The notes under the pieces are model-generated. The model did no database searches, was not told the origin of the DNA, and was given only the letters and a program-made list of their open reading frames with translations. A stretch of 25,884 nucleotides of DNA from Lama guanicoe. Its lineage: Eukaryota. Position numbers and translations under genes: made by a program. Shown in pieces: positions 1 through 10,365 of the stretch; position 1 is the first letter of the stretch, and every line of letters starts with the position of its first letter. Location of the stretch: positions 114,611 to 140,494 of the forward strand of contig MU053684.1 of the NCBI GenBank assembly GCA_013239625.1, in the 5' to 3' direction.

Positions 1-340
1 GCAGAGGCACCAACAACATCAACTATATAATCAGATTTCTTCAAAGCAGCAGAGTGGAAATGATACCTTAGATGCTAGTGCAAGTTTGACCTACCAAAAC
101 TGTTTGTGCCATTTTTATAGGTCAATAATTTTTCTGTTGACAATCGTTGAAGAACATGTACCATTAATTTGCCCAAAAGAAAATTCAAACAGTAAACATA
201 TGGAGAAATATTAAGCACCAACAGTCACTAAATGAATTCTAATTTTAACTACTATAGTGTATTTCTTATATGTATTACATGATCATAAACAAAAATCAAG
301 ATGTTATAGTGAAAAAAAAGTTTTTCAGGTGTGTTTCTAG

Positions 341-364
341 ATTTAATTATCTTTAGATTTAAAG
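341..364 (+). CDS. Candidate 24-nt phase-1 micro-exon (xLIIFRFK) of the TSBP1-like gene; alternative in-frame acceptor at 328 gives 36 nt
   Basis: ttctag|ATTTAATTATCTTTAGATTTAAAG|gtaagt: consensus donor, length divisible by 3, no stop in phase 1. The polypyrimidine tract is weak. Confidence 0.35.
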
Positions 365-607
365 GTAAGTAACAAGTCTTCAAAATAATTCATTATTTGT
401 GTGTTTTAGCCCATAGTTTCAATTTGGGCATTACTAAGGATATGAAACAAATGAAAAGAACATGATTTCTAGAAATATATTTACAAGTAAGTAAATATCA
501 TGGCTAAAATCGAGAAGAGAGTCCAAATGCCATAGAAGAATTGGTGTTTAATATGATAACATATGACTTTATAACTAGAACTAACAATTTTTTTTTCTCT
601 GAATCAG

Positions 608-625
608 GATTTGCTGAACCAATTG
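608..625 (+). CDS. 18-nt phase-1 micro-exon (G-FAEPI) of the TSBP1-like gene
   Basis: Branch-like ctaac (581-585), T-rich tract, gaatcag|GATTTGCTGAACCAATTG|gtaagt; frame-preserving and the same phase as the terminal exon. Confidence 0.7.
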
Positions 626-696
626 GTAAGTTTTTTTTCTTTTCCTCACTATTATGTCTTTCAGTTTAAATAACACTCTGAAAGTTATTCCTACAG

Positions 697-844
697 TTTT
701 TTATTGAATATAATTAACATATAACTTTTATTAGTTTCAAGTGTACAACATAATTCAATATTCATTCATATTGTGAAATGATCATCACAGTAAGTCTAGT
801 TAACATCCATCACCATACATAGTTACATTTTTTTCTTGTGTTGA
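697..844 (-). mobile_element. L1 3' end fragment (L1MA9-like, Laurasiatherian)
   Basis: Poly-T followed by ttagtttcaagtgtacaacataattc...aaatgatcatcacagtaagtctagttaacatccatcacc, the reverse complement of a typical L1 3' UTR terminus. Confidence 0.75.
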
Positions 845-854
845 AAAAGAAAAA

Positions 855-1326
855 AGAAGAAGTGGTACATACGTACAATGAAATATTACTCAGCAACAAA
901 GAAAGAATGAAATTTTGCCATTTGCAACAACTTGGATGGACCTAGAAAGTATTATTCTTAGTGAAATAAGTCAGGCAGAGAAAGATAAATACTCTATATT
1001 ATCACTCATACGAGGAATCTAAAAAATAAAACAATTGAATGAATATAACAAAATATAAACAGGCTCACCAATACAGAGAACAAACTATAGGTTACCAGTG
1101 GGGAGAGGGAAGTGGGGAGGAGTGAGATAGGAATATGGAATTAAGAGACACAAACTATTATGTATAAAATAAATAAGCTACAAGGACATACTGTATGGCA
1201 CAGGGAAATATAGCCATTATTTTGCAATAATTTTAAATGGAGTATAATCTATAAAAATATTGAATCACTATGTTGTACACCTGAAATCAATATAATATTA
1301 TAAATCAACTATAGTTTAATAAAAAA
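855..1326 (+). mobile_element. 5'-truncated L1 (ORF2 C-terminus and 3' UTR)
   Basis: gtggtacatacgtacaatgaaatattactcagc...tttgcaacaacttggatggacctagaa...agtgaaataagtcaggcagagaaaga; ends aatcaactatagtttaataaaaaa. Confidence 0.85.
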
Positions 1327-1464
1327 GATGTTGTGGTATAAAGGTAAAAAGAAGACCTAACAAGTAAGTTACTCTTCAGTCCTGAGAGTGTGAATTTTAT
1401 GTCTCATATAGGACCATCCATCCCACTAGAAATCAAATTAACTGATGCAAAAGTCTTTGTGCTT

Positions 1465-1626
1465 TATTTTTTTAATATTTTTTTAATTTATTTTATTTTA
1501 TTTTTTGAGGGGGGAGGTCATTAAGCTTACTTATTTATTTATTTTTAGAGGAGGTACTGGGGATTGAACCCAAGACCTCGTGCATGCTAAGCACACGCTC
1601 TACCAATTGAACTATACCCTCTCCCC
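1465..1626 (-). mobile_element. Vic-1-type camelid tRNA-derived SINE
   Basis: Reverse complement reads GGGGAGAGGGTATAGTTCAATTGGTAGAGCGTGTGCTTAGCATGCACGAGGTCTTGGGTTCAATCCCCAGTACCTCC (A and B boxes) plus an A-rich tail; flanking TSD tttgtgctt at 1456-1464 and 1630-1638. Confidence 0.88.
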
Positions 1627-1709
1627 ATGTTTGTGCTTCTTGAATATTATTTTATAAGACCCTCACCAGGAATATTTACAAGGGAAATGTGTTGTATACT
1701 TAATAGCTA

Positions 1710-1763
<54 letters not shown>
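1710..1763. repeat. (AAT)18 microsatellite
   Basis: Perfect AAT run of 54 bp, directly upstream of a splice acceptor. Confidence 0.97.
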
Positions 1764-1779
1764 TGTGTTTTTATTTTAG

Positions 1780-1806
1780 CAAAAACCTCAACCTCACCAC
1801 TTCCTA
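1780..1806 (+). CDS. 27-nt phase-1 micro-exon (A-KTSTSPLP) of the TSBP1-like gene
   Basis: tgtgtttttattttag|CAAAAACCTCAACCTCACCACTTCCTA|gtaagt; frame-preserving, Ser/Thr/Pro-rich, C-rich against the intronic background. Confidence 0.7.
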
Positions 1807-2399
1807 GTAAGTACAATATTTTATAATTCTACTGATGTAGTCTATTGCTGCATGCACAGATCTGTTATTAAGCTCTATGGTTGTTATTTTCCAGTGGAGC
1901 AAAAGTCAAGAATTTTACTCTTTCTGACAATTATCTTGAAATTAAACCCAAATGATTTATAGAAAGAGTAAATACAGAAGTACACTATCATTTAGTCAAG
2001 TCAACTGACTTACCTGCAACAAAGAAGAATGTTCTGACTAGGGATAAAAATGAGTTGGAGCTGAGAAGAAAAAATAGAGAAATATATGGAAGAAGAATAA
2101 TTTTTTAAATACCTTGATAAATCTTCTAAATCTGACACACAGGATCCAAAAATTTAGCTGAGTGTTTGAACAAGTAAAGAGAATAAAAGAATGGACTATA
2201 TCCATGTTAATTCTAAGATATCAAAATTAATAGAATAGAATCAATTAGGATTAATATTACAAATAGGATGAAAAGAGAAATCCTGAAGAAAAAAAGATAA
2301 ATTAGATGGGGAAATGGAAACAGCAAAGCGCAAAAGAATCAAACTGACTATATTGTATCTTAATGAATAGAAGAAGCACATAGAGTTACCATTGACCCA

Positions 2400-2560
2400 A
2401 TTCATACTAACAAAAAGACTTGTACTAATAAGAAAAAGTATTTTTTAAAAGTAATGGATCACATGAGCCTAGATTTTGTGGTATCTGAGGATAAACAGCT
2501 AAAGATTGTCAAATATTCTAGACTAAATTTTAAGAAAGCCAACTTCAAAAGTTCCAATTA
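2400..2560 (+). mobile_element. Ancient CR1/L3 LINE remnant (endonuclease C-terminal region)
   Basis: 2457-2555 translates DHMSLDFVVSEDKQLKIVKYSRLNFKKANFKSS, resembling the CR1 ORF2 SDH..hEF...LDFRKADF motif. Confidence 0.55.
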
Positions 2561-2996
2561 TAAACCTAGAAGACTGCCATAGCTTGAGAAATTATGGTTC
2601 TCTTCAGTAAAAAAGAAACATTTAAAAACACTGGAGGAAGCTTAGACCATTTGGCCAAAAGTATGTCAGATTTATTGAAATGGACATCATGTATATGAAA
2701 AAATTAGGCAATATTGGTTCCAAGTCTGGCAGGGAAAAAGAAACATTCACAAAGTCATGTAAATGGAATGTTTTCCAGTGCCATCTTCCTCTGATCACCA
2801 TGTGGGGAAGCAGAAGAAATTCCTATTTCTATCCTGCCCAAAAGTCTTGTCTCAAATGATGCTATTCAAACTAGACCATGACCAGACCACTTCACCTCTT
2901 GCCTCTGCTGAAAATTCCAAATTTCAAGGTTTCATTTCTCAGAGGTTCTTCACTTCTTCATTCAATACCTTCTTGCAGAGGTATTATAAAGTTTTT

Positions 2997-4430
2997 AACA
3001 GTTTCTGATAGGTCTCCAATTCTAGTAGAGAGTGAAAGGAGAGTATGGAGCATGTTCCCCTCCATTTCCTCTTCCTGAAGTACTATATGGAATGGGACTG
3101 TGGCAGCACAGACACAGAGATGGAGAGGGTGGGGTTTCCCTCTTGATTAAGGATAGTATTAAGACCATAGTCCACATTTCTGACCATGGCATACTAAGAT
3201 ATATGTATTTATATTTATATTTCCATTTACATTTATATTTTAGCAAGATCTAGTAGTAACTACACACATATTATTTGCATTTTCCAGTTCCTGCAGGAAA
3301 ATACCATTTCTAATATTGAAAAAAAAGGATGTTTCTACATAACCCTTTCTCTCCTCATTCACCATCCAGTTAAGTTATTGATAATGTTTTAAAGGACATG
3401 ATTGTCAGGAAGAATGAATGGAGGAAAGAGAAGAGGAAAGATGGATAATGGAAACTAGAGGAAGAGGGTACTTAATGGGGTGACCCCAAAACAATCTCCA
3501 AAGAGTTTTACCTCTAGACTGAAGGGGAAGAACACACTGAAAGGGTTTCACTCCACATTATTTTAGTTGGCTGACACTATCGAAGTTATGGAGACACCGT
3601 GCAGAGCCTTTCTAAAGTCCCTATCACACACAGTACAGTACAACCTAGTGACTTGGAAGGGTTGGTTCTCCCTAAAAGTCATACATCTAAAGCTTACAGT
3701 AAACGCTTTGAATAAACTAGGTTGTTCAACAAAAAATAACCTGTTATTTTGTTTTCCTTCCACGGAACCTTCAGTACCCACTGGTAAGCTCTTTAATCCT
3801 CAGTTCCAGCATCTATAAAAACATCTTTCTCAATATTTTCTGCACTCACTAATTTCACTTCTAGATATTTACCCAGTAACCCCTTAACTTCTTGATTAAG
3901 TCTGAAAACAGAGATTTCACCTACCTAAGACAAAAAAAGTAAGCAAGTAATCTTCTAGAACTGCTTCTAGTAAGTTGTAGGCAGAAACTAAAAACTAAAC
4001 TACCTGAGTTTAATGAGGAGCAGGGGAGAGAATTAGAAAGTAAAGAAGATGCATAAAATTCAGTGCAGCAAATTTTTCAAAAGGAGACATTTGAACAGTT
4101 TCTGATAGGTTTCCATTTCTTATAGGGGCTGAGAGAAAAAAAGATGATAAAAGCCACTTATGTCTTCTGCCTCCTCCTAAAACTCTACCTTGAGCAAGGG
4201 TATTCCTCCACAGACACAGACACAGAGGGCTGGAGCTTCTTTCCTAAGAAGTACATCTTTATAACCATATTCAAGAGCCTGTGACCAAGTCACCTTTGTG
4301 TTTTTATTTTACAAAAATCTGTAGTAAAATCATACCCATGAACTCACATTATTTTCCCCCTAAACTACAATTTTGTTGTTGTTCTTTCATAGTTTCTAGA
4401 GGGAACCATCATTACTAACACTAAAGAAAC
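2997..4430 (+). repeat. Diverged intronic duplication (~2997-3330 versus ~4094-4430)
   Basis: Colinear anchors: aacagtttctgataggt (2997, 4094), cacagacacaga (3107, 4209), tgacca (3181, 4282); offsets 1097-1102. Confidence 0.7.
3766..3783 (+). CDS. 18-nt micro-exon (PSVPT) with a non-canonical GG acceptor; possible 9-nt form 3775-3783
   Basis: Strong pyrimidine tract ttttgttttccttcca, then cacgg instead of cacag, AACCTTCAGTACCCACTG and donor gtaagc. Confidence 0.4.
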
Positions 4431-5049
4431 CTGATAGTATAATTTCCACACTTTGTTTAGTATCAAGTTGTTAATGGTGTTATAGGAAAAACATATTCCC
4501 TTAATTAACTGAAATAACAAAGAGAGGAAAATTCTCCTGGTAAATACTTAAATGCTTATCAACAACAGGAAACCAGCAAGATATATAATTTTTTCTAGGT
4601 ACAGTGAACAATTCTAAGTGTTTATCTTAAAGAAAGATAATGTGGTTGTTGAGGCCAGTTAATGTTGTACTTTCTATGTCATCCAGAAGTCTAGTTCTCT
4701 AGACAATGTCTACATTAGAATTAGGCATGCAGACATGTCTAATTCTGTCAGCAAGAGGTGGTTGTTGAAAAGTCTGAAGCACAGTGATGTCAACAATGTG
4801 GTGGAATAGGAGGTCACCAGCTTGCTTCCCCAACACAAACTAACTGGTAGACATTCATGGACAAATGTGCCTTTTGTGGAGATTTGGGATCCAGGTAGTA
4901 GGTAAACCCCAAGACTGAGGATAGCTGCTTTGAAAAGGCAGGCCCACTTCCTGGTGGCAATCTCACCAAACATGGTTCTATCTGCCAGACCAAAAGTAGC
5001 CCCAACCCTCTATGGACTCAGCCCTACCCTGCTTGGCCATTGTCCAGCA

Positions 5050-5200
5050 ATTTATGATTAGGTAACGAGTATGCCTTTAACATATTTAACAGATCTGAGG
5101 CTCAGAGAAGTGATTTTCTACAGGTTGCCTAATTGCTAAGTGATAAACCTGAATTTCAAACCAGTTCTTTTGACTTCAGATTTTGTTCTCTTTTTTCAAT
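5050..5200 (-). mobile_element. MIR SINE
   Basis: acagatctgaggctcagagaagtg...ctaagtgataaacctgaatttcaaaccagttcttttgacttcaga matches the MIR core. Confidence 0.75.
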
Positions 5201-5284
5201 GCTAGCCTGCTTTCTAGGAAAATGCAAGTCCAAAGTTTGGAAGTTTTGGGAAGTCCTTAATATTAATCAATATCTTCCATTATA

Positions 5285-5927
5285 GTGGAGGTGAGGGAGA
5301 GTAAGAGGTACAAACTTCCAGTTACAAAATAAATGAGTCACATGTATGAAATGTAGTGTGGGGCATATAGTCACTGATAATGTAATATCTTTGTATGGTA
5401 ACAGAGGTAACTAGACTTATTATGGTCATCATTTGTAACACACAGAAATATCAAATCACTATGCTGTGTACCAGGAACTAACATAGTGTCATAGGTCAAT
5501 TATACTTCAAAAACATACTTATAGAAAAAGAGATCAAATTTGTGGTTACCAGACAAGAAGGTAAGGGGAGGAGGAATTGTATGAAAGTAGTCAAAATGCA
5601 CAAAGTTCCAGTTATAAGATAAATAAGTACTAGGGATGTAATGTACAACATGGTAAATACAATTAACACTGTTGTACGTTATACATGAAAATTGTTAAGA
5701 AAGTATATCTAAGAGTTCTTATCACAAGGAGAATTTTTTTCTTTTTCCTTTATTTTATATCTATATGAAATGATAGATGTTCACTAAACTTATAGTGGTA
5801 GTCATTTCATGATGTAAATAAGTCAAATCATTATGCTGTATACCTTAAACTTATACAGTGCTGTATATCAATTATATCTTAACAAAACTGGAAGAAAAAA
5901 TAATTTTTAAAAATCTAACTTTAAAAA
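5285..5927 (+). mobile_element. 5'-truncated L1 3' UTR (Laurasiatherian type with internally repeated UTR) with a 20-bp TSD
   Basis: aaacttccagttacaaaataaatgag and aagttccagttataagataaataag modules; TSD aatcaatatc(t/c)tccattata at 5265-5284 and 5928-5947. Confidence 0.88.
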
Positions 5928-6079
5928 AATCAATATCCTCCATTATAAAGATGTTTCATATCATTTTTTAAATGATTATTAGGTTATTTATATGCATTAA
6001 AAAATAATTTTTTTACTTTGTAAACTAACATCCTACAGTGCTCTCTTGAGCAACAAGATTATTTTCTAAGAATGATATA

Positions 6080-6880
6080 AAACACAGAAACTGTAATTTA
6101 AAAGTTTGATTAATTAGACTACATCTCTTTTTTATCTTCTATATTAAAGAAATTACCAAAAACAAAGTTGAAAAGCAAATAGAAATTTGGAAAACAAAAC
6201 CACTTATACCAGAAAAATATTTTCTCTCTTGAATATATAATGATTTCTGGGGGGAAAATAAATAAATAAAGCAAAAAATAAATGCTAAAGAAACAAAACT
6301 ACTAGTTAATAAAAAACACAGATAAAGAGGAGCTATTTTTTTTAATCTATCAGTTTGTGAAAGATCAAAGATATTTACAGAGAATAATGTTTTTAGGGTT
6401 TGGCCACATTTCTATTCCTATGCCCCATTTCTTTTTGGGTTTTTTTGGGGGGGTGCATAATTAGGTTTGTTTTTTTTTTAATGGAAGTACTAGGGATTGA
6501 ACCCATGACCTCATGCATGTTACACAGGCACTCTACTGCTGAGCTACATCCTCCCCTCTTTATGCCCTATTGATATTAAGGTAACTTGGCTTTAATGTTC
6601 AAGAGAGCATATGGCAATATGTTTCAAAATACAAAAAGTGCACATACTTTGCCTAAGAATTTATACCTCTAGAAATGTTTTCTATGAAAAAAAGAGCAGC
6701 TTTTCAAAGGAATATACATTAAGTGGTTTATTGCAGGATTATTTATAATAATTAAAACTTGAAAATAATACTTATTAACAGGAGGTTGTTTTAAAATTGA
6801 GATTATATAAATAGAATATCATGTAAACACTTAAATGATCATATCAATCAATATTATTGACACAGAACCATTAAATATTT
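6080..6880 (+). mobile_element. Old degenerate L1 (L1ME-like) remnant interrupted by a SINE
   Basis: Degenerate L1 ORF2-end motifs, e.g. aaacaaagttgaaaagcaaatagaaatttggaaaa, tatggcaatatgtttcaaaat, gtttattgcaggattatttataata. Confidence 0.55.
6430..6557 (-). mobile_element. Vic-1-type SINE
   Basis: ggaagtactagggattgaacccatgacctcatgcatgttacacaggcactctactgctgagctacatcctcccc; TSD tatgccc(c/t)att on both sides. Confidence 0.85.
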
Positions 6881-7012
6881 TTTTAATTAAAAGATCACTG
6901 TAGTAATTACTTTTTACAGTAAAATTTCCCTTGTGCTACAAATAGTTAATCTCATGTATTTGTCACATACTATTTTAGCAATTTTAAAAGACATCGATGT
7001 ACTTTTTCTCCA

Positions 7013-7180
7013 TTTGTCCTCACATAACTCTGTGAGGTGAATATGGCCAGTATTATTAACTTCATTATACAAATAAAAAAGGTAAGATACAAAAAGATTA
7101 AGGGTCTTTGGGAAAACCACATAATAAATAATAGAACTCAAATATTTTTTAACTCCTCATCCAATGATCTCTCCACTATC
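7013..7180 (-). mobile_element. MIR SINE (degenerate)
   Basis: tcctcacataactctgtgaggtg...attattaacttcattatacaaataaaaaaggtaagatacaaaaagattaag. Confidence 0.65.
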
Positions 7181-8450
7181 CTGAATTCAGTCCAACAAGC
7201 CTTCTCAAAACATGAAACAAGACTATTTCACAATGTCCACATTCCAGGATGGAAACCCTGTTTAGAATGTTCTTCACAGTTATCCTCTCCTATCTCTCTA
7301 CCCTCAACATCACCTGTCCAGTTTCACAAATTATAAATTACTTTATTCTTCCCACAACTTTCAAGCAGCTGTGTGTTCCCACTGCACAAATGTTAACCTT
7401 CCTTTGCTAATAAAATACAGAAAGGTTGGAAATGGGTATATGGGGGTACCCAGTACCCAAACACAAAACACCCACCTAGAATTCAGCCAAAGGGAAGAGC
7501 CAGTTAGAGGGTATGTCATCCACAGGTACAGAACCAACTGAATAAATCTGAGTGCTGAGTATCTGGAACTCTTATCAAGGGACACCACTATGAAGCACAG
7601 CATGAGGCCTCATTAAATTCTTGACCCACTCCCAATTTGGGGAGACCCTTAACTCTCAAAACTTGCTTAAATTATATTTTCTATCCCATTTCAGTAACTA
7701 CTGGTCCTATTTCCTCTATATTAAAATAAGGAAAGGGTATTGAAACATGACAGAAGCAAACACTCAAGATCAATAAAAAGATAAATTAATAACAAAATGT
7801 AACTAAAAGAATCTGTATTTCAGTAAAATAATCATGCTTTACTTTTCCTATTTATAAAAATATTAATTTTAATTTGCTATGTATCACACAGCAGTAAATA
7901 TTCCTATTTTTAGCATAGGCCCTACAAGAACCAGATGTTTTTTGACCTTAAGTCATGCTATCATCTCTAAATCACTTTAAATGCAGACTCCATGAAAACC
8001 TGTGAGATAACTAAGGAAAGTTCCAGCCTCACTGTCTCTCAAATTACTAGTTTAGCAATTCTTATCACTTAAAGGGAGATGAAGCTTCCTTAAGAAATCA
8101 TGAACATTATATAATAATATAATTTTCTCAGAAAAAGTTCTCCTTTTCAGTTTATATCTCTAATCATTTTAATCATACACTCTAGCCATATTCTACTAAG
8201 CAATTACCAATTCCTTTGTGTTGTATTTTTCCCTTTTCTCAATTCAATTTCTGAAAAGAGTCTGCATTTCAATGACCTCTTATCAAATCCTTTGTGTGTA
8301 TACAGCTTCACAAATTTTATATTATTGGGAAGACAAATTTATTGATTCAAGCTTAATGCAAAGTAAAAGTGTCTGATAACAAAAAATGCAAGCAGATAAA
8401 AATTACTTAAGATATGAATTATGCACTTATATGCTCTATTATATTTTCAG

Positions 8451-9373
8451 GTAATTTGAGAGAAGGTTCAAAAACAGAGGTAAAAAGTGGCACTAGAGAA
8501 ACAAGGAATGCTATCTCCAAACAGGATATTCATTTAAGAATTCAGGCAGTCCCACCACAAAATAGCCAAAGTGGTCCTAAGCACCAACATGAAAGAGAAG
8601 TAGGTGGCCCTGAGGAGACCTATGAAAAGGAACAAAAACAGAAAACTGGAGTGAAAGTTGAAGAGCTTCCTGGGAAAACTCAGAGTAAAGAAGAGAAGAG
8701 AGAGAAAGACAATGAAAGGAAACATACTAGGGAGGACATGGACAAAGAAAAGAAAATAGATAAGGACCAACCAAATAAAGGGGATGGTGAAAAAGATAAA
8801 GGTGAAAAAGGGGAACAAAGGGTGAACATGAAAAAGAAGGGAGATGAAGACAAGGAGGAGGACCAGGACAAGAAGGGAGATGAAGACAAAAATGAGCACA
8901 AGGACAAGAAGGAAGACGAGGACAAGGACATGAAGGGAGATGAGGACAAGACACAGGACAAGGTCATGAAGGGAAATGAGGACAAGACAGAGGACAAGGT
9001 CATGAAGGGAGACGAGAACATAAAAGAGGAGAAAGATAAGATGGAAGATGAGGACAAGACAGAGGACAACAGCATGAAGGGAAATGAGGACAAGACAGAG
9101 GACAAGGACAAGAAGGAAGACGAGAACATGAAAGAGGACAAGGATAAGACGGAAGATGAGGACAAGACAGAGGACAAGGGCATGAAGGGAGATGAGGACA
9201 AAAAGACAGAGACAGAGGACAAGAAGGGAGTCAAGGACAAAAAGGAGAGCAAGAATATCAAAGGTGATTCTAAGAATAAAAGGGACAAAACAAAAATAAG
9301 TAAAGAGGAGAAGGGTATAAACCAAAAAGAAGATTCCAGGAAGAAAAGGGACAGTAAAAAAAGGTCACGTTGA
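8451..9373 (+). CDS. Terminal coding exon of a Lys/Glu/Asp-rich repeat protein; TSBP1 (C6orf10)-like, orthology uncertain
   Basis: Acceptor attatattttcag|GT at 8450/8451 in phase 1 matching the upstream micro-exons; 923 nt open to TGA; AATAAA cluster 29 nt after the stop. The architecture and KQDI / ERE..G / EK..VKV motifs recall TSBP1 from memory. The ORF-track ATG at 8414 is intronic. Confidence 0.8.
8834..9292 (+). repeat. Coding 36-bp minisatellite (~13 units, consensus MKGDEDKTEDKD)
   Basis: Units start at 8834, 8870, 8906 (24 bp), 8930, 8966, 9002, 9038, 9074, 9110, 9146, 9182 (39 bp), 9221 and 9257; all length variants are multiples of 3. Confidence 0.9.
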
Positions 9374-9401
9374 AGAAAAATAGCACCAAATTTTATAAAC
9401 T

Positions 9402-9422
9402 AATAAAATAAAATTGAATAAA
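9402..9422 (+). terminator. Polyadenylation signal cluster
   Basis: AATAAA at 9402, 9407 and 9417; a further AATAAA at 9667 and ATTAAA at 9679 could be a distal site. Confidence 0.65.
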
Positions 9423-9914
9423 TTCACTCCAACACATCAGCTTCAAAACTAGCTCCCAGTCTTCTAAAGTATCAATTAAAATGACAGACTCCTTACATTT
9501 TCTTTAGCCACAAAGTTTCTACTCCTTTGCTTGCAATCTGGCAAAAGACCCTTCAGAAATTTTTTTCTTTTTAGGTCTCTTAGTCTCAAACTTCAGCTTC
9601 CAAGTGTAAATTTTTCAAAATGTATGTGCATGATGCATCACTGTCAGGAAATTACAATTTTTCTGAAATAAAACTCTGATTAAAGAAAAGTAGAACTCTT
9701 TTTCTCAATGAAGTATGGAATTTCCCTGCCTAATCAAATAGCTATTTACTTAGTCCCTACTAAATGCAACATCCATAGAGGAATACAAAAATATCTTCAT
9801 GAAGAAGATAAATATAAATGAAAAGACTAAAATAATGTTAAAAATATGAATATCCAAAAAATGATTCTGAGCAGTAAATACAATAGGAAAAATTCAGAAG
9901 AGAAAAACCTCTTT

Positions 9915-10058
9915 GTTTTGTTTGTTTGTTTGTTTTTGGTTTTTTGCAGGGGGAGGTAATTAGGCTTATCTATTTATTTTAAAAGGAAGTACTGGGGATT
10001 GAACCCAGGACCTTGTGCATGCTAAGCACATGCCCCACCACTGAGCTATACCCCCCCC
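9915..10058 (-). mobile_element. Vic-1-type SINE
   Basis: ggaagtactggggattgaacccaggaccttgtgcatgctaagcacatgccccaccactgagctataccccccc; degenerate TSD agaa(a/g)aa(c/t)ctcttt. Confidence 0.88.
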
Positions 10059-10365
10059 TCTGAGAAGAATCTCTTTGGACAGAGGTGATACATGAAGGAC
10101 TTTAACAGGCAGTAGAATTTGAGCTGGGCATCAGTAAAAGACAGGAGTTTTATATTGTTTGAGACTGTGGATTAGTAATTCCTTAACAGAGTATAAACTT
10201 TTTGAAGGAAAATCTGTTTCCTACCATTACCTTTATCCTCAGTGCCTGTTACAATCTTTACTAAACTGAATTGACTGGGAAAGGAAATGAGGGAACAAAA
10301 AAGAAAAAGGTTAGACATGAAAAAATGTATTCTAAATGCAGGGAGAAGAGCAGAGAATTTGTGTG

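Noticed and set aside
473..490. ttctag|AAATATATTTACAA|gtaagt possible micro-exon
   Set aside because: It is 14 nt with the strong donor (frameshifting); the 18-nt form needs a weaker gtaaat donor, and the pyrimidine tract is poor.
8414..8450. ATG start of the 319-aa ORF as a single-exon gene
   Set aside because: The first 12 codons are the intron branch/pyrimidine tract ending in ttttcag; composition changes at 8451.
8834..9292. 36-bp periodicity as a CRISPR-like array
   Set aside because: Units are contiguous with no unique spacers, lie in a reading frame, and the context is mammalian.
8534..9325. Antisense ORFs of 263, 202 and 75 aa (hydrophobic or Ser-rich)
   Set aside because: They are shadows of the purine-rich coding repeat, whose reverse strand lacks stop codons.
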